Shown here: piece by piece, positions 1-11,990 of the stretch | Position numbering within the stretch: position 1 is the first letter of the stretch | How the letters are laid out: every line of letters starts with the position of its first letter | Assembly (NCBI GenBank): GCA_951406725.2 | Contig: OX597830.1 | Location: 3,038,001 to 3,102,000 of the forward strand | Length of the DNA: 64,000 nucleotides | Origin: Octopus vulgaris | Taxonomy: Eukaryota | Reading direction: 5' to 3' | The notes under the pieces: generated by a model | What the model saw: only the letters and a program-made list of their open reading frames with translations | Databases searched by the model: none | Told to the model about the DNA's origin: nothing | Made by a program: the position numbers and the translations under genes

Positions 1-702
1 AGTGGAGGAATCCTTTGTTGTTTTCAGATGTAACAAAACCCTCAGTTCCTTCTAAGACTTTCTCAGTATGACTAAACCATAATTAATTGTTATGAAATTA
101 AAATTATTAATTACAGAATGATATTGAGCCTCTTGTAGGTATGTCTTCAACTATTGTCTCAGGTCAATCAAAGACATGTGAATGGAATTTGGCAATTGAA
201 AACAAATGGAATCCTATCAGAATGACCGTTTTTTGTCTTTGAGTGACCAGATTTAATTTGTGGCCCCCTTAGCAGCCCTGCTGGACATTCCGATGCTTTA
301 GCCAGAAGCCCTCAGCTGCAAACTGATAAGTTTGTTGTCCTTATAATTGATTTAGCTATGTCTTTGAGAATGGTAAACGACAGAATTCATTGAGTGGCAG
401 ACAAATATGTCCTGTAGTATTTAGCTATGTTCCTTTAATGCACAGCAGTAAAATCCTTTCATCCTTCCAGAGTTAATACAAGACAAAGAATGGTAATTCC
501 CAAATGACACATCAAAATATCCTTTATTCGAATCCTCCCAAGGTCATTTTTGGCTTTTATCCTTTCTGCTATCAGTAAAGGACAAACACTTGTAATTCCC
601 ACATGAGGCATAAAACTCTTTTCTAATTCATTATTAGAACCATCATCATCATCATCATCATCAGCGACCATCAACTACTTCCATTTCATGGTTGGAAACT
701 CA

Positions 703-715
703 GTTGCTAGGCAAC
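703..715. promoter_or_regulatory. RFX X-box-like palindrome GTTGCTAGGCAAC
   Basis: Minus strand reads GTTGCCTAGCAAC, matching the RFX consensus; lies in non-repetitive sequence. Function not shown. Confidence 0.3.
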
Positions 716-990
716 TACACCAGGAGTTATGTAACTTCATTTCACTGATTCCATCCTTAAAAATGTAGATCCTTGTGTCTATCTCAGAAATCTTTGTTAA
801 CTATTAAATACAGTTAGTAAGCGAAGGCCTATGGCCAAGTGTGTAGAGGGTTGGACTTATAGTGAGGGATAAGGTCATGAGTTCAATTCCTGGACCAGGA
901 AGTGTATTATGACTTTGAGGAAACAAATTCATTTCACGTTGCCCCAGTTTACTAAACTATAGTTTGTACAAACTGAGGTTCGGTACTGAC

Positions 991-1177
991 CTCTGTCTCC
1001 ACTTTCCCCCACCACCTGCACAGCTCTTGGTTGTTCTGCTTGGTCAAGGTGTGAGGACTTTGAAGGCGTTTCTGTCCATTCCTAACCCCACATAAACTAC
1101 CTATAACAATTATCACAAGCAGGGCCAATATTACCAATTCATCTTCCATTCCAGGTGATGGCCATGGTTTAGTGAAA
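991..1177 (-). CDS. Candidate host-gene exon (hydrophobic helix-containing peptide, unidentified)
   Basis: Minus strand: T-rich tract then ttttag acceptor, 187-nt open frame FTKPWPSPGMEDELVILALLVIIVIGSLCGVRNGQKRLQSPHTLTKQNNQELCRWWGKVETE, then GAG|gtcagt donor. No recognised homology. Confidence 0.3.
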
Positions 1178-1814
1178 CTAAAACTTCAGAGTGGAGAAAT
1201 AATTTTGAAAAAAAAAAAAAATACCAAGAATTTTTAATTGTTACTTATTAAGTAGAACCTCATTAATATACATTGTTCAACAGTTTCTAGCAAGCTAAAA
1301 AAGTACGTTATATTGTCTTTTGATAAGGATCTATTCAGACCCTCCACTACAATGCCAATGTATTGTATCATTGCTGGGGAAATTACTCCAAGTCATTAAT
1401 CATATTTTAGTACTTTTAACATGCAGGTTATAAAGTTTGACAGACAAGGGAAGGTGAAAAACAAAATCAATAAAAAAAAACATTAAAAATTAGTAATTTG
1501 TAGCTTTTATATCAGATTGGGAATAATTTCCTGGTTAATTACTTCCATTGAGTTGACACTGCATGTGCAATATTATGCTGTCTGTAAAATTATATATATA
1601 TATATATATATATACGTACACATACATACATGCATGTGCGTGCACACACACATTTATACAATCATGTAAATGTTGGCACCATACAAGTCGTGTAATTGCA
1701 TAGATTGAAATAAAATTTAAATCTACATAAAGTATCGGTATTTATTTATGCATTGGAAAGTGTGTTTGTTTTTGTCATTTTATTTGTGGAGTTATTGTAA
1801 GCTGTGTCCTCTTG

Positions 1815-1839
1815 CATTACATGTATACACACACAGAGA

Positions 1840-1901
<62 letters not shown>

Positions 1902-2058
1902 GATATGTATACATATATATTCACATACAGGTACATATGCATATATATACATATACACACATGCACACACATATATATATATATATATGTATATGCATAC
2001 ATACATACATACATATATATATGTATACATATATGTGTATATATATATATATATATAT
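1815..2058. repeat. Compound (TA)n/(CA)n/(TACA)n microsatellite
   Basis: Directly visible; source of spurious YI/VC/HT ORFs. Similar tracts at ~4075-4284, 9340-9640, 12680-12980, 18620-18880, 21234-21492, 32780-33075, 34765-35077, 40790-41030, 55140-55293, 57410-57560, 57690-58004. Confidence 0.97.
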
Positions 2059-3036
2059 CTCCAAGTGTGTAGCATATGTTTGTTAGGAATCGGAAAAGAG
2101 GATCATTAAGTCTTATTAATAGCGCTACCATTATTCACAGTTTTCCACATCACTTCATATATTTTGTTGCTGTTGTTGTTGTTGTTGTTGTTGTTGTTTT
2201 TACTCTGGAACAGTCTAACGTGTGAATGCATCACAGTCTGATGCAGTGACTGCACCAGATTATAGCAGGAAATCCGATATTGACAGTTTGGAATCACAAA
2301 TCAGTCTGAAAGAATTCACACACACACACACACACACAAACTCACACGCACACACAGACACGGCACATACACTTAATGCAAAGCACTTAGAACGCTGAGT
2401 AAAAATGTAATTCGCCTGAATTGATTTTCATGAATCATTGCGAACTAGTATTAGAGATAAGTATTGAACAGGAAAATAGCAATTGGAAATGTTTGCACAA
2501 ATATTAGAATTGCTACGATTCCTTGCAAATCTATTGTTGTACAATATGTGATCAGAGCGAATGTGTTACAGATGACATGCAAGAGGAAATATATTAAGAT
2601 CTTATGAAAATAGGAAAATCTCTTTCATTTATTTGGCCAAAGATGAATGAATATGGTTTGTGTAGTGTTAAAGACTAATGTAAAGTCAACGACCGGATTC
2701 ATTATTTTCCATGCCAACACAAATAAAACGGATTTTTCTAGGCCGTATTTGACGTTCAGCCAAATATAAACAGCACTGGATGCTTCAATCTTAATTGTTT
2801 TAATGGCTGTATTATGTGCTGACATGGATGTATGGTTAACAGGTTCGCTTCACAATGCAGTGGTTTTAAGATGATGACATACACACCTCACTCTTTCGCG
2901 AGTACGCAAGTGTGTCATCTAAACAAAGTCTTGTGGATGGATTAGGAAAGGGGGAAACTAAAAGAAGCCCTTCATGTATATGTGTGTATGTGTGTGTGCA
3001 GGAATAAAGATATATATATATATACATACATACATA

Positions 3037-3305
3037 GCCGAACTGCTAAGTTATGGGGTCGTAAACACACCAGCATTGGTTGTCAAGTGATGTTGGGTAG
3101 ACAAACACAGACACACAAATATAAACACACACACACATACATATATACGATGGGGTTCTTTCAGTTTCCATCTACCAAATCCACTTGCAATGCTTTGGTT
3201 GGCCCGAGGCTATAGTAGAAGACACTTGCCCAAGGTGTCACTCAGTGGGACTGAACTCGGAACCATGAGGTTCATATGCAAGCTACTTACCAAACAGCTA
3301 CTCCT
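3037..3305 (-). mobile_element. tRNA-derived CORE-like SINE (cephalopod type)
   Basis: Minus strand: A-box-like tagctgtttggtaag, B-box-like gagttcagtccc, CORE-like gacaccttgggcaagtgtcttctactatagcc, internal (TG)n. Related copies at ~2815-2980, 3527-3785, 25133-25270, 30357-30546, 35330-35510, 36845-37145, 38020-38170. Confidence 0.8.
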
Positions 3306-3385
3306 ATACATATATGTATATACATATGCATATATATATCTGTATATGTGTGTGCATGCATGCGTGTGTGTATATATATATCTGA

Positions 3386-3466
3386 AGCTCTGACAAAGCT
3401 ATAAGTTAATACACAAGCACTCGACTGTGTGTGCATCACATCTTATAACAGAAACAACAGTAAGCT
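3386..3466 (+). ncRNA. Minimal type-I hammerhead ribozyme motif, decayed (core G to A)
   Basis: agct-CTGACAA-stem II (gctataag...cttataac)-GAAA-C-aaca-GTA-agct; starts right after a (TA)n tract. Confidence 0.5.
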
Positions 3467-3903
3467 ACGGAAGCTCGTTACATAATCTCTCGTTTTCTTG
3501 CCACTTATTTCATCACATATCTTCTTTTATTCTTTTATTTGTTTCTGTCATTTTGTTTCTGTCATTTGACAGCAGCCATGTTGGAGCACCACTTTTAGTC
3601 ATGAAAATTGACCCCAAGATATATTCTGTCGGTCTATTTTGCTGAACTGCTAAGTTACAGGGAGGTAGACACACCAGTATTGGCTGTCAAGCAATGGTGG
3701 GGGCCCAAACAGACACATACACACAAACATATACCCCCACATTCATATATACATACATATATATATATATATGCAACAGGTTTCTTTATTTTATATATAT
3801 ATATATATAAATATATATATGTGTGTGTGTATACACAAACAAGTAAGCACATAAATGCAAAACAAGGCAGAAAAAATCTTACTCAAACATCAGTGGTAGA
3901 GTA

Positions 3904-4080
3904 ATATGCTTTTTTTTTTTTAAAGATGCAAAAAAATTTACAAAAACTGCTACTCAGAGTATCATGCTTCCGTTGTGATACAGAATTCTGTAGCACAAAT
4001 GCTTGATGAACAAGAACATAAATCTTTTTGATTATTTCTGCTGATTTTGCAGCTTTAATATACTTTAAAAAAGCATATAT
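3904..4080. mobile_element. Decayed fold-back (Penelope-like) remnant
   Basis: Inverted ends atatgctttttt...aaaaaagcatat; contains hammerhead-like fragments (ttgatgaacaagaac on +; gatactctgagtagcag on -); next to (TA)n. Confidence 0.35.
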
Positions 4081-4097
4081 ATGTGTGTTTATATATG

Positions 4098-4154
<57 letters not shown>

Positions 4155-4194
4155 ATGTATATATACACACATGTATATATACATACACACACAC

Positions 4195-4236
<42 letters not shown>

Positions 4237-4284
4237 AGTGTGTGTGTGTGTATGTATATATACATGCATGTATATATATATATA

Positions 4285-4652
4285 CTAGCACTATGACCTG
4301 GCAACGCCGGGTCATAGTGCTAGTGCATGCATATACAGCTGTGAGCGTGTGCACATACACACGATTACTGTCCAAATCTCCGACCAATCACATACAGCTA
4401 GCTGGCATTCAATTGGCGTATCATGTTTCGGGCATTTTGATTGGGTTTTGGATAGAAAATTCACAAAAAAATCACTTCTATTGATTTTGTAATGGCTTTG
4501 CAGGGTGACTGGGGAAATGTAAAGATGTGCACGATGACCCTTGGACGGTTTTGAATGACCATAGAAAGTATGAGCCCCCTAACTGAAAAATTGTGGATTT
4601 GTATAAAGGACAGACACACAGACAGACATTTTGCCATTTATATATAGAGAGA
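4285..4652 (-). mobile_element. Non-autonomous Helitron
   Basis: Minus strand starts a|TCTCTCTATATATAAA followed by (CTGT)n-like repeats and ends in an 18-bp-stem hairpin (4285-4323) with terminal CTAG|t, i.e. inserted between A and T. Confidence 0.75.
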
Positions 4653-4689
4653 TATAAATATAATATGTGACAGTTATTCGGTAGCCATG

Positions 4690-4748
4690 ATAAAACTCTG
4701 AGTTTTGGATGTCGGGGTGGAAATCCACACTGGTATCTCTTCAGTTAT
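4690..4748 (-). ncRNA. Hammerhead ribozyme motif, decayed; same family as 33207-33267
   Basis: Minus strand: ataa-CTGAAGA-gatacc...gtgga-tt-tccaccccgacatc-c-AAAA(for GAAA)-C-tcaga-GTT-ttat; the flank tatgtgacagttattcgg is shared with the 33.1-kb element. Confidence 0.55.
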
Positions 4749-5375
4749 TGAGCCATCAAAAAAAGGCTATGAAAATGACTGTCAAACAAAGGGAAATTAC
4801 TGTGTCATTGACCATTATTAAGACAAAAGAGCTATTTGAATGAGCGCCAAGTAAAGGGAGGGAGTAAAAGTAAGGGAGTAAAAATGTTCATAGCAATCGT
4901 GAAAGTGTGCATGTCCATGCATACACATGTACGCCCACACACCCATGTACATGTGCCTATATGTATATACTCATCTACCCTTATTTTTTACACTTTTTTT
5001 TACACATTTCCAGTATTTTGCCTTTAGCCTTGTTTTTTCTTGTGCATGTGCATATATAGACATATGTATGAACCTTTTTTGTGCATGTGTGCGTGTGTGT
5101 GTGTGCAAGCATGTATGCGGGTATGTATATATTTTGTTTGGCGAATGTGTGGATGAGCATATGTGTGTGTTTCAAGTGAGGATGGATGAATATATATATA
5201 TAGGTGCATGTACGTGGGTGTGCAGGCACGCATGTGTATGGATGGACATGTGCACTTACATGATTGCTATGAACATTTTTACTCCCTACCAAATAATTGT
5301 CACATATTAGATTTACAGATAAATTCCTCTGTTTACATAATATTGACGTCCCTTTCATCCTTTTGTTGTCTTTCC

Positions 5376-5427
<52 letters not shown>

Positions 5428-5646
5428 CATCATCATTTAGCATCCGTTTTCCATGCTAGCATGGGTTGGACGGTTCAACTGGGGTCTGTGAAGCCAGAAG
5501 GCTTCATCAGGCCCAGTCAGATCTGGCAGTGTTTCTACGGCTGGATGCCCTTCCTAATGCCAACCACTCCGTGAGTGTAGTGGGTGCTTTTTACGTGCCA
5601 CCCGCACAAACGGCCATGAATGGCTGGTGCTTTTACGTGCCACCGG

Positions 5647-5650
<4 letters not shown>
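5428..5650 (-). mobile_element. 3' tail fragment of the RTE LINE family at 45.3-49.86 kb
   Basis: Reverse complement of ...ttaggaagggcatccagccgtagaaacactgccagatc...gcatggaaaacggatgctaaatgatgatgat; matches 49690-49856. Confidence 0.9.
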
Positions 5651-5700
<50 letters not shown>

Positions 5701-5706
<6 letters not shown>

Positions 5707-6185
5707 GGTTTGGAGGTGATGTACAGGTATTATATATTAGAAGAAATAAGGTACTCAGAAATCTGGATGGTTTTATATTTACAGATTTCTGAGTACCTTA
5801 CAAATTTGAATCTGGAGAGTCTACTAGAGTAGATGCAAGTGCTAATATATGATTTATAAAAACATGTGACATATTAATAAAAATCTGTAAATGTACAACC
5901 ATCCAGGTTTCTGAGAACCTTATTTCTTCTAATATATATGTATCTATCTACCTATCTATACTGTCTTGTTCCTCCCCACTACTACGAAACTCTATGAAAT
6001 GATCAAATTCCCCACAAAGGAATTAATTTGATTTGAAAACCCCACTAGAATGGGAGAAAGCGGTAATAATCTGAATGATATGATCTGAATGATATGATAT
6101 ATATATGTAAAAAATGTAATATATAAATAAATATCTATAAATATGAACCATCCGATCTTCTGATTACCTCATTTCTTCTAATATA
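5701..6185. mobile_element. Fold-back element in (TA)n plus a solo arm; same family as 20429-21233
   Basis: Inverted arms ~5733-5788 and ~5881-5936 (ttagaagaaataaggtactcagaaatctggatgg); 5963-6185 resembles the right arm of the 20.4-kb copy. Confidence 0.8.
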
Positions 6186-6192
6186 TATATAT

Positions 6193-6966
6193 ATCATCAT
6201 CATCATCATCATCATCGTTTAACGTCTGCTTTCCATGCTAGCATGGGTTGGACGGTTCAACTGGGGTCTGGCAAGCCCGAAGGCTGCACCAGGCCAGTCA
6301 GATCTGGCAGTGTTTCTACAGCTGGATGCCCTTCCTAACGCCAACCACTCCGAGAGTGTAGTGGGTGATTTTATGTGCCACCGACACAGGTGCCAGACAA
6401 GGCTGGCAGATGGCCACGCTCGGATGGTGTTTTTTATGAGCCACCGACACGGGTGTCGGACGAGGCTGACCGACGGCCACGCTCAGATGGTGTTTTTTAT
6501 GTGCCACCGTCACAGGTGCCAGATGAGGCTGGCAGACGGCCACGCTCGGATGGTGTTTTTTTATGTGCCACCGACATATGTGCCAGACGAGGCTGGCAGA
6601 CGGCCACGCTCGGATGGTGTTTTTTATGTGCCACCGACACAGGTGCCAGACGAGGCTGGCGAACGGCCACGATCGGATGGTGTTTGTTACGTGCCCACAG
6701 CACGGAGGCCAGTCGATGCGGTACTGGCTACGGCCACGTTCGGATGGTTTTCTTATGTGCCACCGGCACTGGTACCACAAGGATACAAATTCCATTGATG
6801 TTCATCTATTTTGATTTGGTTTGATTTGATTTGATTTGATTTGATTTTCACTTGCCTCAACAGGTCTTCACAAGTGTCACAAGAAGGAAGATATGCACAG
6901 GTGGACTGACTACGTCCCAGGTAGGGGCCACGGGTTATGGCTTCACTAGTCTTACCGGGTCTTCTC
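6193..6966 (-). mobile_element. RTE LINE 3' end with expanded 63-bp VNTR
   Basis: (CAT)n tail at the left, about six 63-bp units at 6370-6770, and the last ORF codons (aagacccggtaagactagtga on -) at ~6945-6966 matching 49360-49384. Confidence 0.9.
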
Positions 6967-7094
6967 ATATATATATATATATGTGGCAGGCTGGAAACAA
7001 ATATAATATGATTGATTATGATACTCATATCTTATCGATATCAACACAAGGCTACACACAAACAATCCAACATAATGACCCATAAAATCACTCT

Positions 7095-7800
7095 GTGGCA
7101 AAAACTAAGGGCTACTTGTGTAGGTCTTTACCTCAATGAGGCCAAAACTGAATACATAAACAAGTGCCTGTCCAACAGTGATTGCATCATCCACACTCTC
7201 AACCGTGCACCTTTAAATATGGTTTCTGATTATAAATATCTTGGGTCATACATATCATCATCTGGAAAAGACTTTCTAACTAGAAAGGGTATGGCCTGGT
7301 CAGCCTGTAATGACATGCATAAGATCTGGTTATCAAATCTAAGTAGAGACTTCAAACTTGAGATATTCAAAGCCTTGGTCGAACCAATTCTACTATATGG
7401 CTCAGAAACCTGGACGTTATCAAAGAAGCTTGAGAGGCGGTTGGATGGAACCTACACTCGCCTCCTTATGAGAGCCCAAAATCTCTCGTGGAAGCGCCAT
7501 CCAACCAAAATGCAAATATATGGGAAATTACCACCTGTGTCATCTCTTGTGAAAGGTAGGAGAGTCCAGTTTGCTGGACATTGTTGTAGAGCTGAAAACG
7601 AGGTAATTTCTACTCTTCTCCTCTGGAAGCCATCTACTCGCAATACCAGAGGGCGCACACTCTCCTACACTGATGTAATCTCCAGGGATACAGGCATCCA
7701 GCAACAGGACCTCTGTAATGCTATGATGGACCGTGAAGTCTGGCGTAGCCAGGTAAATTCCATTGTCTCGACCACGGTCGAACAATGATGATGATGATGA
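7095..7800 (+). mobile_element. 5'-truncated RTE-type LINE, ORF C-terminus still open
   Basis: ORF 7012..7788 has RT thumb and C-terminal motifs YKYLGS, ILLYGSETWTL, FAGHCCR, DREVWR; ends in a (TGA)n tail right after the stop. Confidence 0.9.
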
Positions 7801-8324
7801 AGGGCTACTTTACTCCTGATGATCTTACAGCCTGTCAAACGTGGACTTGGAATTTCTAAGTCTCCAATCTTTTGTTGATCTGGGATTCATCAGTCCTTTA
7901 GAGAGGTACTGTTATTATCCAGCTGGGTACTTTGAGTATCAAGTCATTCTCCTCACCAGTTAAACCTGAGGAGGGATGGTTCAATCCCCAATGACCTGAC
8001 CATGCAACAGATGAGTGACTGACATGGTTATTTCCCTTTACAGCAAAAGCTAATTATTATCAATAATAGAAAAAGTAAAGCGGCAAGCAGGTAATATTCT
8101 TTTCTACTCTCTAGGCACAAGTCCTGAAAATTTTAGGGCAGGGACCAGTTGATTAGATCGACCCCAGTACACAACTATTCTTTTCAACTCTATGTTTGCC
8201 TTTAACCCATTCAGGGTCGATAAAATATATTCCAGTTGATCACTGAGATTGATGGAATTGACTAGATTCCCCTCCCCATTTGAGCCAAAATTTAAAATCA
8301 TTATTATGGTTGTCACTATATTTT

Positions 8325-8495
8325 AACCCCAGGCCAGCCCTGATCAATGAAATCTCTCACACAAGGTATTCCAGTCAGGAATACCCCTTTTTTATTCCAG
8401 ATATAATTCTTCTAAAACATCATTATTCAATGTTTTACCATTTTTAGAGAGATAACAAGGTGTGATTTGAAGGAGATTTGGCTGCTATTTTGAGG
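8325..8495 (+). repeat. Unclassified interspersed repeat (three copies in window)
   Basis: ccccaggccagccctgatc...attccag...ggagatttggctgctattt; diverged copies at ~41915-42075 and ~45120-45265. Confidence 0.55.
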
Positions 8496-9355
8496 AACCA
8501 TGTTGAAACTCCTGACAAACATGGAATTGTGTTCAGTGTGAATGTTGAATTGATATCTGTTAGATACAGAGGGACTCTTCTTCTCTTTATTGGCTTTTGA
8601 GCTTTTGGTAGAAATAATTCCAGGGCATAGCTTATGAATTAGCATTAGCCTTTTGTGAAGAGGCCACCACTAATGATCTGTTTCTTATAATTAGTGAATC
8701 AACTATAGCAAAGCAACTGTTGTTGCAAGTCTGTTGATGCCAACGAGGCATTCCACAGTCAGTGACTTGTTTATTATGGTTTCTGATCACAGCCAACAAT
8801 TTGTTCATCACAGTTAATAAAGTGTTTTAGCTAATGAACTATTTTATAAGAGAGCAAACTATTTGATTTGCTCCTTAAAAAGCATTGAGCAAATTTTTAC
8901 AATCAATGATTACCCTTTATTTCAAAACGATGTCAAATAAATGTCATTTGGCTGACTTTAAACACCATAATATAATATTGCTTGCAAAATGGAATTTAGC
9001 CATCCAACATAACAGTTCCTTTCCTTCTTTCTTTTTTTATTTCAAATTAAAAATTCCTTCTCTTCTTGATACAGATTTGAAAAATATAATCTTGAGATAC
9101 AAACTGAGATTAAAGTCACTTCATTTATATTGAGCTGACTTACAACATCCTGCTGCTAGTCGAACCTTAAGTTATTTGATTTGGATCGTTTTCAATTTTT
9201 AGTAAATTGAATTCATTTACGCATAAATGTAAAAGATAACCTTCTATATTTTTAAAAATACTCTTAGACTTTGAAATTATGCAGCTTTTAAAGTATTTAC
9301 CTGTTTTATCCTTTTGAAGATATTACATCCCCCCATGCACACACACACTCACACA

Positions 9356-9459
<104 letters not shown>

Positions 9460-9662
9460 TATATAGATATATAGATATACACATATATATATTACATACA
9501 CATATGTATGCACTTATGTACATACATATATACTCATATGCTTGCATGTATCTGTGTGTGTATGTATATATACATATGTACATACAAACACACACACATG
9601 GATATACACACACACACACACAAATATGTACAATTACTGTATAGATAGACAGACAGACAAAC

Positions 9663-10102
<440 letters not shown>

Positions 10103-10726
10103 TCAACAATGTACCAGAAATATCAGTTTCCAAATCTGTAACTTGCTTAAAAGAAAAAAAAAAAAAAGAATTAACCAATTTATTTAATTTTTTAAAAAAT
10201 TTCCTTCTTGCTACAAATTTCTTATTCAACTGTATTTTTTCTCTCAGCTTCCTTCTATTTTTTTTTTCTGTGTTTTATAATATTTCTATAATATTTTTGT
10301 TAGTAAAATGAAACGAAAGTAAGATCTAGGTAACCAAAACACACAACATAAAACAGCCATCAGAGTTTGAAAACATTTAAATAATCAATGAACGACTTTT
10401 GGTAGCCTCATGTTTTTGACTACAGATTGTTATTGGCAATTTGTATTTCTACTTTTGAGCCATCCCAGTCGGATAATTTTGAAGAGTAACTTTATGGATA
10501 ATAGAAGAAATAATAAAATTATGAATGTATATTTGTGTTTTTAAATTCTTTCTATGCATAAGGAACTGGATATTAACAAAGAAAATAAAGTTGTGTTGCT
10601 GGAATCTGGAATACAAAATGTAATAGATGCTGCCATTTAGAAAAGTCTTGCAGATCTTTATTGTTCAACTTACAGTATTCATAAAGTACATTTGTGAAAT
10701 ACAAGTTAACTGTTTACTTTCCTTAC

Positions 10727-10790
10727 CTGAAAATCCTTAGACGTCTGCAATTGTTGCACCTCTACCTCAATTTCTAAATTCACATTTATA
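10727..10790 (-). CDS. Candidate small host exon
   Basis: Strong donor CAG|gtaagg; open frame INVNLEIEVEVQQLQTSKDFQ; possible acceptor AG at 10774-10775 or 10791-10792, both weak. Confidence 0.2.
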
Positions 10791-10844
10791 CTGATAATTA
10801 ATGGCTTTGTTATTATATTATATCCTTGTCAATCACGCTCCCAG

Positions 10845-11045
10845 CTGAGGGGTCATCTTGCAAGTTGCTCAATGACCCTGCTGGTGTTGTTACCACATAA
10901 AAAGCACACAATTCACTCTGTTAAGTGGTTGGTTGTAGAAAGGGGATTCAGAAATGGAACCTTGTCAAGTTCTCTGGTTTGCCAGCTCTGGAAAAACCTT
11001 CCAACCTATGCCAGCATGGAAGATGAACATTAAAATAATGATGAT
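10845..11045 (+). mobile_element. Diverged RTE 3' tail fragment
   Basis: cacataaaaagcac...ccaacctatgccagcatggaagatgaacattaaaataatgatgat. Other tail copies at 18336-18612 (-), 25330-25828 (+), 30975-31175 (+), 63044-63240 (-). Confidence 0.75.
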
Positions 11046-11958
11046 ATGTGAATTTATAATCAAGGCAGAGAAGCCATTTACTTCAAAGCTGTTGTCCTTA
11101 AATAACGCTCTTCCTTCTTCCTCATTTGGTGCGGAAAAGTTCACATCCTTAAAGCAGCTGACTTCTCTTACTGTACAGGAAATTGCTTTCCTGTCTCGAA
11201 CAATTAGATCTGTTATACTCGTATTTGGAGGAAATTTCATTGGGATGTTCCCCTACTTGTCCCTTTGTTGATATGAATGTATTTAGTAACTGAGTCTTTG
11301 TCTATATTCAGCCCTGATGCATGCTTGCTTATAGATAGTACTATATTGCAACTGATGGAAGTACGATAAGACTTTTGGAAACAATCTTGCTTAATTCAAC
11401 ATTTTCAGTCACATTCTTTTGTCTATTCAGTTTTTCCTTGCCATTTTTTCTGCTCTTGCATTGCAAAAGCATGACTTCTGAAATTGGAAGTAAAGTGAGA
11501 GGAACTCAAGAGAGTCTTCATAATCTCTATTGAAGAACTCTGAACCAGTAATTACAAGAGAAGGTATTATCAGGGAATAAATACTTCTGGAAGGAATACT
11601 GTCACCCCCCCCCACCATCATAAGATATTGCTCTCTTAGCATTTCAGCTCTCAGTCTATTTTAACCCCCTTAATTTAGCAAATGTTGTCAGTGAGATGCT
11701 GTCTTGAGCCTCAAAGACTGTCTTAAGCCTCCTTCCCTCATTTTTATTTTCTGTAAGAGATCCTGGCAATATCTCTTCCTGTGGAAGCTTGCTGCTGAAG
11801 GATCTTATATGTTTTAATGCCTATAGAGCTGATTATCTGAGGATAATAGTCACTGGTCACTCTCTTTTGTTCAGGGTATCTTTTGAATGAAATAGTTTGT
11901 CAATAACCTGGACATGTTGTGGGGCACATGGAAGAGAGGGGGAGGGGGGAAGAGGGAG

Positions 11959-11990
<32 letters not shown>

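Noticed and set aside
1746-2131. Many overlapping ORFs rich in YI/VC/HT (here and at all TA/CA tracts)
   Set aside because: Translations of stop-free dinucleotide microsatellites, not genes.
6235-6824. CRISPR-like or repeat-protein reading of the 63-bp array
   Set aside because: No unique spacers, no cas genes, eukaryotic context; it is the VNTR of the RTE 3' UTR.
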